A program made the position numbers and the translations under genes. The notes below the pieces were generated by a model. The model was not told the origin of the DNA and did not search any database. It worked only from the letters and a program-made list of their open reading frames with translations. From positions 160,059 through 224,058 of the forward strand of contig CAMDAF010000001.1 of NCBI GenBank assembly GCA_945888525.1: a stretch of DNA of 64,000 nt. Reading direction: 5' to 3'. The stretch is from Chitinophaga pinensis. GTDB lineage: Bacteria > Bacteroidota > Bacteroidia > NS11-12g > UBA955. Below are positions 30,317 to 41,858 of the stretch, piece by piece; position 1 is the first letter of the stretch; each line of letters opens with the position of its first letter.

Positions 30317-31456
30317 ATGAACTTCACTGTATCCGAAAACCAAACAATGATTAGGCAAATGTGCCGCGACTTTGCCGAAAAAAATATCAGACCTAATGTG
30401 ATGGTTTGGGATGAAGCCCAAACTTTTCCTGCTGATTTGTTTAGAGAAATGGGAAAACTAGGAATGATGGGGATATTGGTGCCCGAAGAATACGGCGGAT
30501 CAGGCCTAGGATACTATGAATACGTTGAGGCAATCGTTGAGACTTCTAAGGTCTGTGGTTCCATTGGATTAAGTTTGGCCGCTCACAATAGTTTGTGTAC
30601 CGGTCATATTTTAGCCTTTGGAAACCATGAACAAAAAAGCAAATGGTTGCCAAAATTGGCCAGTGGTGAATGGATAGGAGCGTGGGGTTTAACGGAAGCC
30701 AATACAGGCAGTGATGCTTTGCGCATGCAGGTTACAGCCAAAAAAGACGGTGATACTTGGGTTTTAAACGGGGCTAAGAATTGGATTACCCATGGTTCAA
30801 CCGGAAATATTGCTGTTGTTTTGGCAAGAACTGGAGAATTATTAGACTCAAGAGGTATCACTGCGTTTGTGGTAGAAAGAGGAACGCATGGATTCAATGC
30901 AGGCAAAAAAGAAAACAAATTGGGCATGCGCGCAAGTGAAACGGCTGAGATGGTTTTTGAAGATTGCCGCATTCCCGAATCAAATGTATTAGGAGAAATT
31001 GGGGATGGGTTTATTCAAGCTATGAAGATTTTAGATGGTGGCAGAATATCGATTGCAGCATTGTCCTTAGGGATAGCAAAAGGCGCTTATGAGGCATCGC
31101 TTAAATACGCTCAAGAACGCCAGCAATTCGGACAACCTATCGCAAATTTCCAAGCCATAGGCTTTAAATTGGCCGATATGGCCACACAAATTGAAGCATC
31201 AGAATTGCTTATACACGAAGCCTGTCACTTAAAAAACAATGGTCAAAATGTCAATAAGGTTTCTGCAATGGCGAAGTACTATGCCAGTGAAACCTGTGTC
31301 AGAGTGTCTACAGAGGCAGTGCAAATATTCGGTGGATATGGCTACACCAAAGATTTTCCGGTTGAGAAGTTTTACCGTGACAGCAAACTTTGCACCATAG
31401 GAGAAGGGACATCTGAAATACAAAAATTAGTTATTTCTCGAGCCGTATTGAAATAA
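30317..31456 (+). CDS. Acyl-CoA dehydrogenase
   Basis: WGLTEANTGSD, KLGMRASET, RQQFG, QIFGGYGY, IGEGTSEIQ. Confidence 0.96.
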   Translation: MNFTVSENQTMIRQMCRDFAEKNIRPNVMVWDEAQTFPADLFREMGKLGMMGILVPEEYGGSGLGYYEYVEAIVETSKVCGSIGLSLAAHNSLCTGHILAFGNHEQKSKWLPKLASGEWIGAWGLTEANTGSDALRMQVTAKKDGDTWVLNGAKNWITHGSTGNIAVVLARTGELLDSRGITAFVVERGTHGFNAGKKENKLGMRASETAEMVFEDCRIPESNVLGEIGDGFIQAMKILDGGRISIAALSLGIAKGAYEASLKYAQERQQFGQPIANFQAIGFKLADMATQIEASELLIHEACHLKNNGQNVNKVSAMAKYYASETCVRVSTEAVQIFGGYGYTKDFPVEKFYRDSKLCTIGEGTSEIQKLVISRAVLK

Positions 31457-31515
31457 TTTGTTTGGAATAAAAATTTTATTATCTTTGCAATCCTAAATTT
31501 TTAAAATAAGTACAC

Positions 31516-31710
31516 ATGATTTATATCAACGTAAAAGACAACGAGAATCTCGACAAAGCACTTAAGAAGTACAAAAAGAAGTACGAAAAAATTGGTGTTA
31601 TGAAAGAATTAAGAAGCCGTCAAGCTTTTGAAAAGCCATCGATCACAAGAAGAATGGAAATCAAAAAAGCAGCATACAGAAGTTTTATGCAAAGTCAAGA
31701 GAACAACTAA
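31516..31710 (+). CDS. rpsU: 30S ribosomal protein S21
   Basis: ENLDKALKKYKKK..KELRSRQAFEKPS; Bacteroidota-type KAAY tail. Confidence 0.96.
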   Translation: MIYINVKDNENLDKALKKYKKKYEKIGVMKELRSRQAFEKPSITRRMEIKKAAYRSFMQSQENN

Positions 31711-31729
31711 TCAAAAAAAATATTAATTT

Positions 31730-31765
31730 AGCGTCCGATAATTCAAATTGTCGGACGTTTTTTTT
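31730..31765 (+). terminator. Hairpin/terminator after rpsU, overlapping the xerC start
   Basis: AGCGTCCGATAAT-TCAA-ATTGTCGGACGTT followed by a T-run. Confidence 0.75.
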
Positions 31766-32641
31766 ATACAAAGGTTTGAGGTGTATTTGAGTGCAGAGAA
31801 GAAAATGTCTGCGCACACGGTAAAGGCATATACGGCCGATATTAATTCGTGTTTTAAATATGCCCAAGAAAATTTTGAAATTAGCTCAATAGAGGAGCTT
31901 TCACATTTATTTATTAAATCGTGGTTAAGCGGGATGCTTTCCACAGGTATGGATGGGAAAAGTGTGAGAAGGAAAATCTCGTCCCTTAAAACCTATTTTA
32001 AATATTTATTGCGTCATAAATTGCTTGAAATAGATCCAATGATAAAGGTGAGTTCACCTAAAATTTCTAAAAAATTGCCCAGTTTCATTGAGGAGGACAA
32101 AATGAAAGATATTATGAGCAATATTATCGATGAAAAAAACAATAAAAATGAATTAGCTAACGATATCTTATTAACTTTGTACCACACGGGCATAAGATTG
32201 AATGAATTGATTAATCTGGAAAAGCGAAATGTCGATTTAACGCATTCTACAATAAAGGTATTGGGAAAGCGCAACAAAGAGAGAATAATACCAATAACCG
32301 AGGAGTTAAATACCCGCTTAGAATTTTACATAAAAGAAGGAACAGAAAGTATCTATGTATTTAATACCCCTAAGAACCAGAAATTATATCCAAATTATGT
32401 TTACCGTTGTGTGAAAGAGCTACTCAGTCAGCACAGCACCATCCGCAAAAAGAGTCCGCATGTATTAAGACATACGTTCGCGACACATCTTCTAAATAAT
32501 GGCAGCGATTTAAATGCAATAAAAGAATTGCTGGGTCATGCCAATCTTTCAGCCACACAAATTTATACCCATAATAGTGTGGAGCGACTAAAATCAATTC
32601 ACAAACAAGCACATCCTAAAGGAAGTAAAAATAACCTTTAA
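31748..32641 (+). CDS. xerC: Tyrosine recombinase XerC
   Basis: TGIRLNEL, VLGKRNKER, PHVLRHTFATHLL, LLGHANL..TQIYTH. In the conserved rpsU-xerC-hpf context. Confidence 0.88.
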   Translation: MSDVFFIQRFEVYLSAEKKMSAHTVKAYTADINSCFKYAQENFEISSIEELSHLFIKSWLSGMLSTGMDGKSVRRKISSLKTYFKYLLRHKLLEIDPMIKVSSPKISKKLPSFIEEDKMKDIMSNIIDEKNNKNELANDILLTLYHTGIRLNELINLEKRNVDLTHSTIKVLGKRNKERIIPITEELNTRLEFYIKEGTESIYVFNTPKNQKLYPNYVYRCVKELLSQHSTIRKKSPHVLRHTFATHLLNNGSDLNAIKELLGHANLSATQIYTHNSVERLKSIHKQAHPKGSKNNL

Positions 32642-32658
32642 AAAACAACCTCAATAAC

Positions 32659-32964
32659 ATGGAAATCCTATTTCAAAACACCAATTTTCGCGCCGATCAA
32701 AAGTTATTAGATTTAATTACCCAAAAACTAACAAAATTGGAACATTATTATGATAAAATCATTGATGCTTCCGTTTATTTGAAGGTTCAGAAGTCTGATG
32801 ATAAAATAAATAAGGTTTTAGAGATAAAATTAAACGTATTAAACAGCACTTTATTTGTAGAAGAACACGATAAAACATTTGAGTGTGCACTTGACAAAGC
32901 GGAAGACGCTTTAAAAACACAATTAATTAAATACAAACAAAAAATCCATGGAGCTAATGCTTGA
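32659..32964 (+). CDS. hpf: Ribosome hibernation promoting factor (HPF/RaiA)
   Basis: NFRADQKL..KL.KL..YYDKI...NKVLEIKL..TFE.A.D; synteny. Confidence 0.88.
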   Translation: MEILFQNTNFRADQKLLDLITQKLTKLEHYYDKIIDASVYLKVQKSDDKINKVLEIKLNVLNSTLFVEEHDKTFECALDKAEDALKTQLIKYKQKIHGANA

Positions 32965-33026
32965 TAGGGTTTGAGCTATTTTAAATCAAAGAATCAAAAA
33001 CATTAATTCCATTAAATAAGACAATC

Positions 33027-33062
33027 AACATTAGCCTCGGTGAAAATCGAGGCTAATGTTTT
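33027..33062 (+). terminator. Hairpin terminator after hpf
   Basis: AACATTAGCCTCG...CGAGGCTAATGTT stem. Confidence 0.7.
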
Positions 33063-33169
33063 AAAATATTTTTCGTGATTCGCTTTGAAATATCAATAAT
33101 ATTACCTTTTTTTGCAGTCCTTTTTACAGAAATCTAAAAGATGGAAGTAAAAAGACAGTTCTTTAACAA

Positions 33170-33242
33170 GCCACTTTAGCTCAGCTGGTAGAGCAACTGA
33201 TTTGTAATCAGTAGGTCGTTGGTTCGATCCCGACAAGTGGCT
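33170..33242 (+). tRNA. tRNA-Thr(TGT)
   Basis: GCCACTT/AAGTGGC acceptor stem, anticodon arm CTGAT-TTGTAAT-CAG, GTTCGAT T-loop. Confidence 0.96.
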
Positions 33243-33257
33243 CAGAGAATGAAATTT

Positions 33258-33338
33258 GGGAAGTTTCCAGAGTGGCTAAATGGGACAGACTGTAAATCTG
33301 TTGCTTCGGCTTCGGTGGTTCGAATCCACCACTTCCCA
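33258..33338 (+). tRNA. tRNA-Tyr(GTA)
   Basis: GGGAAGT/ACTTCCC acceptor, ACAGA-CTGTAAA-TCTGT anticodon arm, long variable arm. Confidence 0.96.
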
Positions 33339-33394
33339 CAAATTAAGAGAAAGAAAACAGTGATGAACGTTGAAGAAGAAACTGTTTTTGATAT

Positions 33395-33467
33395 GCGGGA
33401 GTAGCTCAGTTGGTAGAGCGACAGCCTTCCAAGCTGTAGGTCGCGGGTTCGAGCCTCGTCTCCCGCT
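33395..33467 (+). tRNA. tRNA-Gly(TCC)
   Basis: GCGGGAG/CTCCCGC acceptor, CAGC-CTTCCAA-GCTG anticodon arm. Confidence 0.96.
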
Positions 33468-33580
33468 CTTTATCGAGGGTTATCACTTAACAATGAGAAC
33501 CTGCTCTCTCTTAAGAAAACCGATTGCCAATAGAATTGTCTGGCTAACAATTTTGTGAAGCGGTCAAAAAAAAGTTACCA

Positions 33581-33652
33581 GCCGTTGTAGCTCAGGGGTA
33601 GAGCACTTCCTTGGTAAGGAAGAGGCCAAGGGTTCAAATCCCTTCAATGGCT
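33581..33652 (+). tRNA. tRNA-Thr(GGT)
   Basis: GCCGTTG/CAATGGC acceptor, CTTCC-TTGGTAA-GGAAG anticodon arm. Confidence 0.96.
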
Positions 33653-33708
33653 CAAAAGACTAGAAATAAAGAAATTTAAATAATAACAATAAAAAAATCA
33701 AATTAATC

Positions 33709-34896
33709 ATGGCAAAAGAAACATTTGACCGCTCCAAAGCCCACGTTAACATTGGCACTATTGGTCACGTTGACCACGGTAAAACCACATTAACTGCGGC
33801 CATCACTACAGTATTAGCTTCTAAAGGACTAGCCGAAAAGTCATCATTTGAATCTATCGACTCAGCTCCAGAAGAAAAAGAAAGAGGTATTACCATTAAT
33901 ACTGCACACGTAGAATACAATACAGATACCAGACACTATGCACACGTAGATTGTCCAGGCCACGCTGACTATGTTAAGAACATGGTTACTGGTGCTGCAC
34001 AAATGGACGGAGCAATTATCGTAGTTGCTGCAACTGATGGACCAATGCCACAAACACGTGAGCACATTCTATTAGCCCGTCAGGTTGGTGTACCTAAGCT
34101 TGTTGTTTTTATGAACAAATGCGACATGGTTGACGATGAAGAATTATTAGACTTAGTTGAAATGGAAGTTCGTGAACTTTTAAGTTTCTACAATTTTGAT
34201 GGTGACAACACGCCAATCATCCGTGGTTCTGCCTTAGGTGGATTAAACGGTGATCCAGCATGGGTTGACAAAATCATGGATTTAATGAACGCTGTTGATA
34301 CTTGGATTCCAATTCCTCCACGTTTGGTTGATCTACCATTCTTGATGCCAGTTGAAGACGTATTCTCGATCACAGGTCGTGGTACAGTTGCTACAGGTCG
34401 TATCGAAAGAGGTGTTACCAACGTAGGTGATGTAGTTGACATCATTGGCTTAGGTGATGAGAAATTAACTTCAACTGTAACCGGTGTTGAAATGTTCCGT
34501 AAATTATTAGATAGAGGTGAAGCTGGTGACAACGCAGGTTTATTATTGCGTGGTATCGACAAAACCCAAATCAAAAGAGGTATGGTTATATGTAAGCCAG
34601 GTTCTGTTGCTCCTCACGCTAAATTCAAAGCTGAAGTTTACGTATTGAGCAAAGAAGAAGGTGGTCGTCATACGCCATTCTTTAACAAATACCGTCCACA
34701 ATTCTACTTCCGTACCACAGATATTACAGGTGAAGTAACTTTACCAGAAGGTGTAGAAATGTGTATGCCTGGTGATAACATCACTGTGACTGTACAATTG
34801 ATCGCTCCAATCGCAATGGAAAAAACTTTAAAATTCGCTATTCGTGAAGGTGGAAGAACCATTGGTGCTGGTCAAGTAACTGAAATTTTAGATTAA
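33709..34896 (+). CDS. tuf: Elongation factor Tu
   Basis: [25 protein letters not shown]. Confidence 0.99.
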   Translation: MAKETFDRSKAHVNIGTIGHVDHGKTTLTAAITTVLASKGLAEKSSFESIDSAPEEKERGITINTAHVEYNTDTRHYAHVDCPGHADYVKNMVTGAAQMDGAIIVVAATDGPMPQTREHILLARQVGVPKLVVFMNKCDMVDDEELLDLVEMEVRELLSFYNFDGDNTPIIRGSALGGLNGDPAWVDKIMDLMNAVDTWIPIPPRLVDLPFLMPVEDVFSITGRGTVATGRIERGVTNVGDVVDIIGLGDEKLTSTVTGVEMFRKLLDRGEAGDNAGLLLRGIDKTQIKRGMVICKPGSVAPHAKFKAEVYVLSKEEGGRHTPFFNKYRPQFYFRTTDITGEVTLPEGVEMCMPGDNITVTVQLIAPIAMEKTLKFAIREGGRTIGAGQVTEILD

Positions 34897-34917
34897 TAAT
34901 ATTAAACAATAAGGATG

Positions 34918-34957
34918 TTAGTCACCCTGGTCCTAAATCAGGGTGACTAATGTTTTT
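34918..34957 (+). terminator. Hairpin between tuf and tRNA-Trp
   Basis: TTAGTCACCCTG...CAGGGTGACTAA followed by TGTTTTT. Confidence 0.65.
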
Positions 34958-35028
34958 ACGAGAGTAGTTCAAGGGTAGAATAGAGGTCTCCAAAACCTTT
35001 GATGGGAGTTCGAATCTCTCCTCTCGTG
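34958..35028 (+). tRNA. tRNA-Trp(CCA)
   Basis: ACGAGAG/CTCTCGT acceptor, AGGT-CTCCAAA-ACCT anticodon arm; tuf-trpT-secE context. Confidence 0.95.
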
Positions 35029-35043
35029 CTAAAAAACATTGAA

Positions 35044-35238
35044 ATGGAAAAATTAAGAAACATGTGGAATCATTCGGCAGATGAGTTGCTTAACAAAGTA
35101 ACTTGGCCTACATGGGATGAATTACGCGAAAGTGCAATAATCGTATTGATTGCTTCCCTTATATTCGCTTTGATGGTATGGGTATTAGACTATACGCTAG
35201 GCAATGGTCTTGACTTTTTTTATAGTTTGTTTAAATAA
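35044..35238 (+). CDS. secE: Preprotein translocase SecE
   Basis: ELLNKVTWPTWDEL plus a single TM. The longer ORF-track version overlaps tRNA-Trp. Confidence 0.95.
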   Translation: MEKLRNMWNHSADELLNKVTWPTWDELRESAIIVLIASLIFALMVWVLDYTLGNGLDFFYSLFK

Positions 35239-35240
35239 TA

Positions 35241-35789
35241 ATGGCAATGGAAGCAATAGACTTGCAATGGTATGTGGTTAGAGCGGTTTCCGGTCAGGAA
35301 AAAAAAGTTAAAGCTAACTTAGAGAGTATGCTTATTAAGTCTAAATTAACTGATTACGTTCCGCAAATCCTTATCCCAATGGAAAAGGTCTACCAAATTA
35401 AAAATGGTAAAAAGATAGCTAAAGAAAGAAACTACTTTCCTGGTTATATTTTAATCCAAGCTAAATTTCATGGTGAAGTTGCTGCAACGATTAAAGGCAT
35501 AAACGGTGTAGTTGGTTTTTTAGGTTCAAAAGATAATCCAGTACCTCTAAGACAAGCTGAGGTAAATAGAATCCTTGGAAATGCAGACGAGAATGGGGGA
35601 GTAGATATCGAAACTACAGAGCCATTTATTGTTGGCGAACCAATCAAAGTTACTGATGGACCATTCTCTGGTTTCAGCGGTATCATTGAAGAGGTAAACG
35701 AAGAGAAGAAAAAATTAAAGGTAATGGTGAAAATTTTCGGAAGAAGAACTCCTCTGGAATTAAACTATACTCAAGTAGATAAAGAATAA
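35241..35789 (+). CDS. nusG: Transcription factor NusG
   Basis: WYVVRAVSGQEKKV, FPGYI, KOW DGPFSGFSG, IFGRRTPLEL. Confidence 0.98.
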   Translation: MAMEAIDLQWYVVRAVSGQEKKVKANLESMLIKSKLTDYVPQILIPMEKVYQIKNGKKIAKERNYFPGYILIQAKFHGEVAATIKGINGVVGFLGSKDNPVPLRQAEVNRILGNADENGGVDIETTEPFIVGEPIKVTDGPFSGFSGIIEEVNEEKKKLKVMVKIFGRRTPLELNYTQVDKE

Positions 35790-35807
35790 CAAATAAATAG
35801 CTATATC

Positions 35808-36245
35808 ATGGCAAAAGAAATAACAGGATACGTAAAATTACAAGTAAAAGGCGGACAAGCAAATCCCGCACCTCCCATTGGACCTGCTCTGGGCTCAAAA
35901 GGTGTAAACATCATGGAATTTTGTAAACAGTTTAACGCGCGTACACAAGATAGAATGGGTAAAGTATTACCAGTAGTTCTAACTGTATACGGCGATAAAT
36001 CGTTCGAATTCATCATCAAAACCCCACCCGTTGCAACTCAAATTATTGAGGCGACTAAAGCTGCTAAAGGTTCTGCCGAACCTAACAGAAAGAAAGTTGC
36101 TGAACTAACATGGGATCAAGTAAAGCAAATTGCAGAAGACAAAATGCCAGATTTAAACTGTTTCAAAATTGAATCAGCTATGAATATGGTTGCTGGAACT
36201 GCCAGAAGTATGGGTGTAACAATCGCAGGAAATAAACCTTTTTAA
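35808..36245 (+). CDS. rplK: 50S ribosomal protein L11
   Basis: [21 protein letters not shown]. Confidence 0.98.
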   Translation: MAKEITGYVKLQVKGGQANPAPPIGPALGSKGVNIMEFCKQFNARTQDRMGKVLPVVLTVYGDKSFEFIIKTPPVATQIIEATKAAKGSAEPNRKKVAELTWDQVKQIAEDKMPDLNCFKIESAMNMVAGTARSMGVTIAGNKPF

Positions 36246-36255
36246 TTAACAGACA

Positions 36256-36951
36256 ATGGCACTTACAAAAAACAGAAAAAAAGTTTTAGAAAAAATTGAC
36301 AGTTCTAAAGTTTATTCATTAGAAGAAGCAACAAAACTTATAAAGGATATTTCTTTCACCAAATTTGATTCATCGGTAGACGTCGATGTTAAATTGGGTG
36401 TAGATCCTAAACAAGCTAGCCAAATGGTTAGAGGTGTAGCAACATTGCCACATGGTACAGGTAAAACTGTTCGTGTTTTGGTATTGTGTTCTCCAGATAA
36501 AGAAGCAGAAGCAAAAGCTGCTGGAGCCGATTATGTAGGTCTTGACGATTATATCGAAAAGATTGCAAATGGTTGGTTAGACATTGACATTATCATTACC
36601 ATGCCTGCTGTAATGGCAAAGCTAGGTAAGTTAGGAAAAATATTAGGCCCACGTAACTTAATGCCAAATCCAAAATCAGGAACTGTTACTCCTGATGTGG
36701 CAAAAGCCGTAACTGAAGTGAAAGCTGGTAAAATTGACTTTAAAGTTGACAAAACTGGAATCATTCACACATCAATCGGTAAAGTTAGCTTCCAACCTAA
36801 TCAAATCGCAGAAAATGCTATAGAAATTATGCAAACTCTAAGTAAACTGAAGCCCTCTTCTTCCAAAGGGACGTATTTCAGAAGTCTTTACTTGAGTTCT
36901 ACTATGAGTCCAAGCATCTGCATCGACATCAAATCAATTCCAGGAATTTAA
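36256..36951 (+). CDS. rplA: 50S ribosomal protein L1
   Basis: [23 protein letters not shown]. Confidence 0.98.
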   Translation: MALTKNRKKVLEKIDSSKVYSLEEATKLIKDISFTKFDSSVDVDVKLGVDPKQASQMVRGVATLPHGTGKTVRVLVLCSPDKEAEAKAAGADYVGLDDYIEKIANGWLDIDIIITMPAVMAKLGKLGKILGPRNLMPNPKSGTVTPDVAKAVTEVKAGKIDFKVDKTGIIHTSIGKVSFQPNQIAENAIEIMQTLSKLKPSSSKGTYFRSLYLSSTMSPSICIDIKSIPGI

Positions 36952-36960
36952 ATCACTTAA

Positions 36961-37479
36961 ATGAACAGAGAAGAAAAAAACGCAGCAATTGCCGAATTAA
37001 CTGAAAAATTCAAAAATGCTAATTGTTTGTATATTGCCGATACATCAAGTATCAGTGCAATAGATACAAATAATTTCAGACGTGAACTATTCAAAAACGA
37101 CATTGAAATGCTGGTAGCCAAAAATACATTGATATTAAAGGCTATGAGAAATTCCGGTAAAGAATTCGGTGAATTAGAAGGTGCACTTAAAGGAACATCT
37201 GCTCTGTTATTCAGTGCTAATTTTAAAAGCCCAGCCCAAGCCATTCTGAAATTCAGAAAGAAAGGTACTAAGCCAGCTTTGAAAGGTGCATATGTTGACA
37301 GCGCTATATTTATTGGTGATGACCAATTAATAGCCTTGAGTAACTTGAAATCTAAAGAAGACTTAATCGGTGAAATTATGGGATTATTACAATCTCCTGC
37401 ACAAAACGTTATTTCAGCGTTGCAGAGCGGTGGTGGCAAAATTGCCGGTATCGTTAAAACATTATCAGAAAGAAATTAA
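36961..37479 (+). CDS. rplJ: 50S ribosomal protein L10
   Basis: KNTL motif, LLQSPAQNVISALQS; synteny. Confidence 0.96.
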   Translation: MNREEKNAAIAELTEKFKNANCLYIADTSSISAIDTNNFRRELFKNDIEMLVAKNTLILKAMRNSGKEFGELEGALKGTSALLFSANFKSPAQAILKFRKKGTKPALKGAYVDSAIFIGDDQLIALSNLKSKEDLIGEIMGLLQSPAQNVISALQSGGGKIAGIVKTLSERN

Positions 37480-37509
37480 AAACAATTTAAAAAAAAACAA
37501 TTAAGAAAA

Positions 37510-37887
37510 ATGGCTGACTTAAAAGCATTTGCTGAACAATTGGTTAATCTTACCGTTAAAGAGGTAAACGAATTAGCCCAAATTTTGAAAGATGAATATG
37601 GTATCGAACCTGCAGCTGCTGCTGTAGCCGTTGCTGCCCCAGCTTCTGCTGGTGCTGGCGAAGCTGCTGCCGTTCAAACAGAATTCACTGTAATCCTAAA
37701 AAGCGCTGGTCCTAACAAATTAAACGTAGTTAAAGTTGTTAAAGACTTAACCGGACTTGGCTTGAAAGAAGCAAAAGACTTGGTAGACGGAGCTCCAAAA
37801 CCTGTAAAAGAAAACATTGCTAAAGACGAAGCTGAAGCATTGATGGCAAAACTTACAGAAACTGGTGCTGAAGTTGAGATCAAGTAA
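37510..37887 (+). CDS. rplL: 50S ribosomal protein L7/L12
   Basis: Ala-rich hinge, [13 protein letters not shown]. Confidence 0.98.
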   Translation: MADLKAFAEQLVNLTVKEVNELAQILKDEYGIEPAAAAVAVAAPASAGAGEAAAVQTEFTVILKSAGPNKLNVVKVVKDLTGLGLKEAKDLVDGAPKPVKENIAKDEAEALMAKLTETGAEVEIK

Positions 37888-37911
37888 TTCAATATTTAGC
37901 TCTATTTAACT

Positions 37912-37960
37912 CCAATAGACCCACTGTAACCGATGGGTCTATTGGTGTTTTTGTTTTTTT
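37912..37960 (+). terminator. rplL-rpoB intergenic hairpin (terminator/attenuator)
   Basis: CCAATAGACCCA...TGGGTCTATTGG followed by a T-rich tract. Confidence 0.7.
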
Positions 37961-38004
37961 ATAAAAATCGGTTTAACCAACACAAAATTTAATATTTTAC
38001 AAAA

Positions 38005-41000
38005 TTGGCAACAAAAGTAAAACAACCAAAAAGAATCAATTTCGCATCAATCGATAAAGTAATTGATTATCCGGATTTCCTTGACGTGCAATTGCAATCT
38101 TTTAAAGAGTTCTTTCAACTGGAAACCCACGTTGATAAAAGAACTGACGAAGGTCTATTCAAGGTTTTTCAGGAAAATTTTCCTATAAACGATACTAGAA
38201 ACATCTTCAACTTAGAATTTTTAGACTATTTTGTTGACCCACCTCGATACGAGATTACTGAATGTATCGAAAGAGGCCTCACTTATTCTGTGCCTCTAAA
38301 AGCCAAACTAAAACTTTCTTGTAACGATCCGGAACATGAAGATTTTGAAACCATCGTTCAAGATGTTTATTTAGGTACAATTCCATACATGACACCAAGC
38401 GGTACCTTTGTAATCAATGGTGCCGAAAGAGTTATTGTTTCTCAGCTACACCGTTCACCTGGTGTATTCTTTGGTCAATCGTACCACACCAATGGAACTA
38501 AATTGTATTCAGCCCGTGTAATTCCTTTTAAAGGTTCATGGATTGAATTTGCTACTGACGTAAACAACGTTATGTACGCATATATAGACCGTAAAAAGAA
38601 ATTTCCTGTAACTACTTTACTTAGAGCAATTGGATTTGAGTCTGACAAAGACATCTTAAACATATTTGGTCTAGCTGAAGAAGTTAAAGTTTCTAAAACC
38701 GGTCTCAAAAAATTTGTAGGCAGAAAACTATCTGCAAGAGTTTTGCGCACTTGGGTTGAAGATTTTGTGGATGAGGATACTGGAGAGGTTGTATCTATTG
38801 AACGTAACGAAGTTATAATCGAACGCGATACAATTCTTGAAGCTTCTCATATCGATGAAATCGTTGAAGCAGGTGTAAAAACAATTATCCTAAACAAAGA
38901 AGAAGAAGGAAAAAATGATTTCACCATCATTTACAATACTCTACAAAAGGATACTTCTAACAATGGTAAAGAAGCAGTTGAGCATATTTACCGTCAATTG
39001 AGGAATACTGATCCACCAGATGAAGAAACAGCTCGTGGTATTATTGAAAGATTGTTCTTTTCCGATAAACGTTATGATTTAGGTGAAGTTGGTCGTTATA
39101 GAATCAACAAAAAGTTAAATCTTACCACCGGAATGGAAGTTAAAGTTTTAACGAATGAAGACATCATTAAAATTATAACTTACCTAATCGAACTAAGCAA
39201 TAGCCGTTCTGAAGTCGATGATATTGACCACTTAAGTAACAGACGTGTAAGAACAGTTGGAGAGCAATTGTATGCTCAATTTGGTGTTGGTTTAGCCCGT
39301 ATGGCTAGAACCATTCGTGAGAAAATGAATATCCGTGACAATGAAGTATTTACGCCGACTGATTTAATCAATGCGCGTTCATTGTCATCTGTAATAAATT
39401 CATTCTTTGGTACCAACCAATTATCTCAGTTCATGGACCAAACAAATCCATTGGCTGAAATAACCCACAAAAGAAGAATGTCAGCACTTGGACCAGGTGG
39501 TCTTTCACGTGAAAGAGCTGGTTTTGAGGTACGTGACGTACACTATACGCACTATGGTCGTTTATGTACGATTGAAACTCCAGAGGGTCCAAACATCGGT
39601 TTGATTTCATCTCTTTGTGTGCATGCAAAAATTAACAGTATGGGATTCATTGAAACACCATACAGACCTGTAGAAAATGGCCGTGTTAATTTCGCAAAAC
39701 CTGTTGTTTATCTTAGTGCAGAAGAGGAAGATGGCAAAATCATCGCCCAATGTAATGTCGATATCAGCGAAAAAGGTGAATTCAAAGAAAAGGAAATCAA
39801 GGCACGTTTTGAAGGTGACTTCCCGCTTGTAGAAGCTGAGAAATTAAATTTCATGGACGTTGCTCCAAACCAGATTGTTTCTATCGCGGCCTCTTTGATT
39901 CCTTTCCTTGAGCATGATGATGCGAACAGGGCTTTGATGGGATCAAACATGCAACGTCAAGCAGTTCCTTTGTTAAGACCTGAATCTCCAATTGTTGGAA
40001 CAGGTCTTGAAGAGAGAGTTGCAAGAGATTCGCGCGCATTAGTTATGGCCGAAGGTGATGGTGTTGTAGATTATGTTGATGCAAATGAAATCAAAATTCG
40101 TTATGACTATACAGCTGATGATGAATTGTTGAATTTTGCTAGCAATATTAAGACTTATGCATTAACTAAATTCTTAAGAACCAACCAAAGCACTTGTATT
40201 AACCTAAGACCAATCGTAAGCAAAGGTCAGAGGGTAAGCAAAGGTGAAGTTTTATGTGAAGGTTATGCAACACAAGATGGAGAATTAGCGATTGGAAGAA
40301 ACTTGAAAGTTGCATTCATGCCTTGGCAAGGATACAACTTCGAGGATGCGATCGTTATATCTGAAAAAGTAGTTAGCGACGATTGGTATACTTCAATTCA
40401 CATTGATGAATTCGAATTGGAAGTGCGTGATACCAAACGCGGTGAAGAAGAATTAACCAATGATATTCCTAACGTTAGTGAAGAAGCTACAAGAAACTTA
40501 GATGAAAATGGTCTAATTAGAATTGGCGCTGAATTAAAAGAAGGTGATATCATTATCGGTAAAATAACACCAAAAGGTGAAACTGAACCTTCTCCAGAAG
40601 AGAAATTGTTGAGGGCTATCTTTGGTGATAAAGCTGGTGATGTCAAAGATGCTTCATTGAAAGCGCCACCATCAACTGAGGGTATCGTTATCGATAAAAA
40701 ATTATTCACTAAAACCAAAAAAGAAAAAGGCGCAAAAACTGAGGAAAAAGCTAAATTAGCTAAGAACGAAGTTGATTACAGAAAGAATAAAGAAAAATTA
40801 ATTGAAATTTTGGTTCAAAAATTATTCAAAGTTCTTAATGGCAAAACTTCTGCTGGTGTTAAAGCCGTTTATGGTGATGACATGATTCCTAAAGGAACCA
40901 AATTCACGCTTAAAAACCTTTCTTCTGTAGATTACGATAACGTAAACTTTGGAAGTTGGACTTCTGATGCGGATAAAAACGTTCAGGTTAATACCATTCT

Positions 41001-41820
41001 TAAAAACTTTAAGTCTCAATTAACTGAACTTTATGCTTCATTTAGACGTGAATATTATGCCATAACTGTAGGCGATGAATTGCCAACTGGTATTTTGAAA
41101 ATGGCTAAAGTTTATGTTGCAGTAAAACGTAAATTAAAAGTAGGTGATAAGATGGCGGGAAGACACGGTAACAAAGGTATTGTTGCCCGTATTGTTCGTG
41201 CTGAGGATATGCCTTTCTTAGAAGATGGAACTCCAGTAGATATCGTATTGAATCCACTAGGTGTGCCTTCAAGGATGAACTTGGGTCAAATTTATGAGAC
41301 CGTATTAGGTTGGGCAGGAAAAGAATTAGGTTTGAAATTTGCTACGCCAATTTTTGATGGAGCAACTCCAACTCAAATAGATGAGTATAGCAAACAAGCC
41401 AATATTCCAATCAATGGCCAAGTATTCTTATACGATGGATTAACAGGTGATCGATTCCACCAACCGACGACTGTAGGCATTATCTATATGCTGAAGTTGG
41501 GCCACATGGTTGATGATAAGATGCACGCCCGTTCAATCGGACCGTATTCAATGATTACCCAACAGCCTCTAGGTGGTAAAGCACAATTTGGTGGCCAGCG
41601 TTTTGGTGAAATGGAGGTTTGGGCACTTGAAGCATTCGGTGCAGCAAATATCTTAAGAGAAATCTTAACCATTAAGTCAGACGATATCTTGGGTCGATCT
41701 AAAACATACGAAGCTATTGTTAAAGGTGATAACATTACCCAAATTGGAATTCCTGAATCATTCAATGTACTAATACATGAATTAAGAGGTTTGGGTATCG
41801 AAATGACCTTTGAAGAATAG
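38005..41820 (+). CDS. rpoB: RNA polymerase beta subunit
   Basis: [33 protein letters not shown]. Confidence 0.99.
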   Translation: MATKVKQPKRINFASIDKVIDYPDFLDVQLQSFKEFFQLETHVDKRTDEGLFKVFQENFPINDTRNIFNLEFLDYFVDPPRYEITECIERGLTYSVPLKAKLKLSCNDPEHEDFETIVQDVYLGTIPYMTPSGTFVINGAERVIVSQLHRSPGVFFGQSYHTNGTKLYSARVIPFKGSWIEFATDVNNVMYAYIDRKKKFPVTTLLRAIGFESDKDILNIFGLAEEVKVSKTGLKKFVGRKLSARVLRTWVEDFVDEDTGEVVSIERNEVIIERDTILEASHIDEIVEAGVKTIILNKEEEGKNDFTIIYNTLQKDTSNNGKEAVEHIYRQLRNTDPPDEETARGIIERLFFSDKRYDLGEVGRYRINKKLNLTTGMEVKVLTNEDIIKIITYLIELSNSRSEVDDIDHLSNRRVRTVGEQLYAQFGVGLARMARTIREKMNIRDNEVFTPTDLINARSLSSVINSFFGTNQLSQFMDQTNPLAEITHKRRMSALGPGGLSRERAGFEVRDVHYTHYGRLCTIETPEGPNIGLISSLCVHAKINSMGFIETPYRPVENGRVNFAKPVVYLSAEEEDGKIIAQCNVDISEKGEFKEKEIKARFEGDFPLVEAEKLNFMDVAPNQIVSIAASLIPFLEHDDANRALMGSNMQRQAVPLLRPESPIVGTGLEERVARDSRALVMAEGDGVVDYVDANEIKIRYDYTADDELLNFASNIKTYALTKFLRTNQSTCINLRPIVSKGQRVSKGEVLCEGYATQDGELAIGRNLKVAFMPWQGYNFEDAIVISEKVVSDDWYTSIHIDEFELEVRDTKRGEEELTNDIPNVSEEATRNLDENGLIRIGAELKEGDIIIGKITPKGETEPSPEEKLLRAIFGDKAGDVKDASLKAPPSTEGIVIDKKLFTKTKKEKGAKTEEKAKLAKNEVDYRKNKEKLIEILVQKLFKVLNGKTSAGVKAVYGDDMIPKGTKFTLKNLSSVDYDNVNFGSWTSDADKNVQVNTILKNFKSQLTELYASFRREYYAITVGDELPTGILKMAKVYVAVKRKLKVGDKMAGRHGNKGIVARIVRAEDMPFLEDGTPVDIVLNPLGVPSRMNLGQIYETVLGWAGKELGLKFATPIFDGATPTQIDEYSKQANIPINGQVFLYDGLTGDRFHQPTTVGIIYMLKLGHMVDDKMHARSIGPYSMITQQPLGGKAQFGGQRFGEMEVWALEAFGAANILREILTIKSDDILGRSKTYEAIVKGDNITQIGIPESFNVLIHELRGLGIEMTFEE

Positions 41821-41858
41821 GCTAAAATTTACATTCACAAAAAAAAAGCAGAACATTA

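Noticed and set aside
31480-31515. Extended Shine-Dalgarno autoregulating rpsU, as in Flavobacteriales
   Set aside because: The leader (TCCTAAATTTTTAAAATAAGTACAC) has no SD-like purine run.
33219-33558. ORF-track ORFs 33219-33404 and 33370-33558 (and the 34999 extension of secE)
   Set aside because: They overlap clear tRNA genes.
31748-33652. Tyrosine recombinase near a tRNA cluster as a prophage/island integrase
   Set aside because: It is about 300 aa and XerC-type, in the conserved rpsU-xerC-hpf context. No att duplication of tRNA 3' ends or cargo genes seen.
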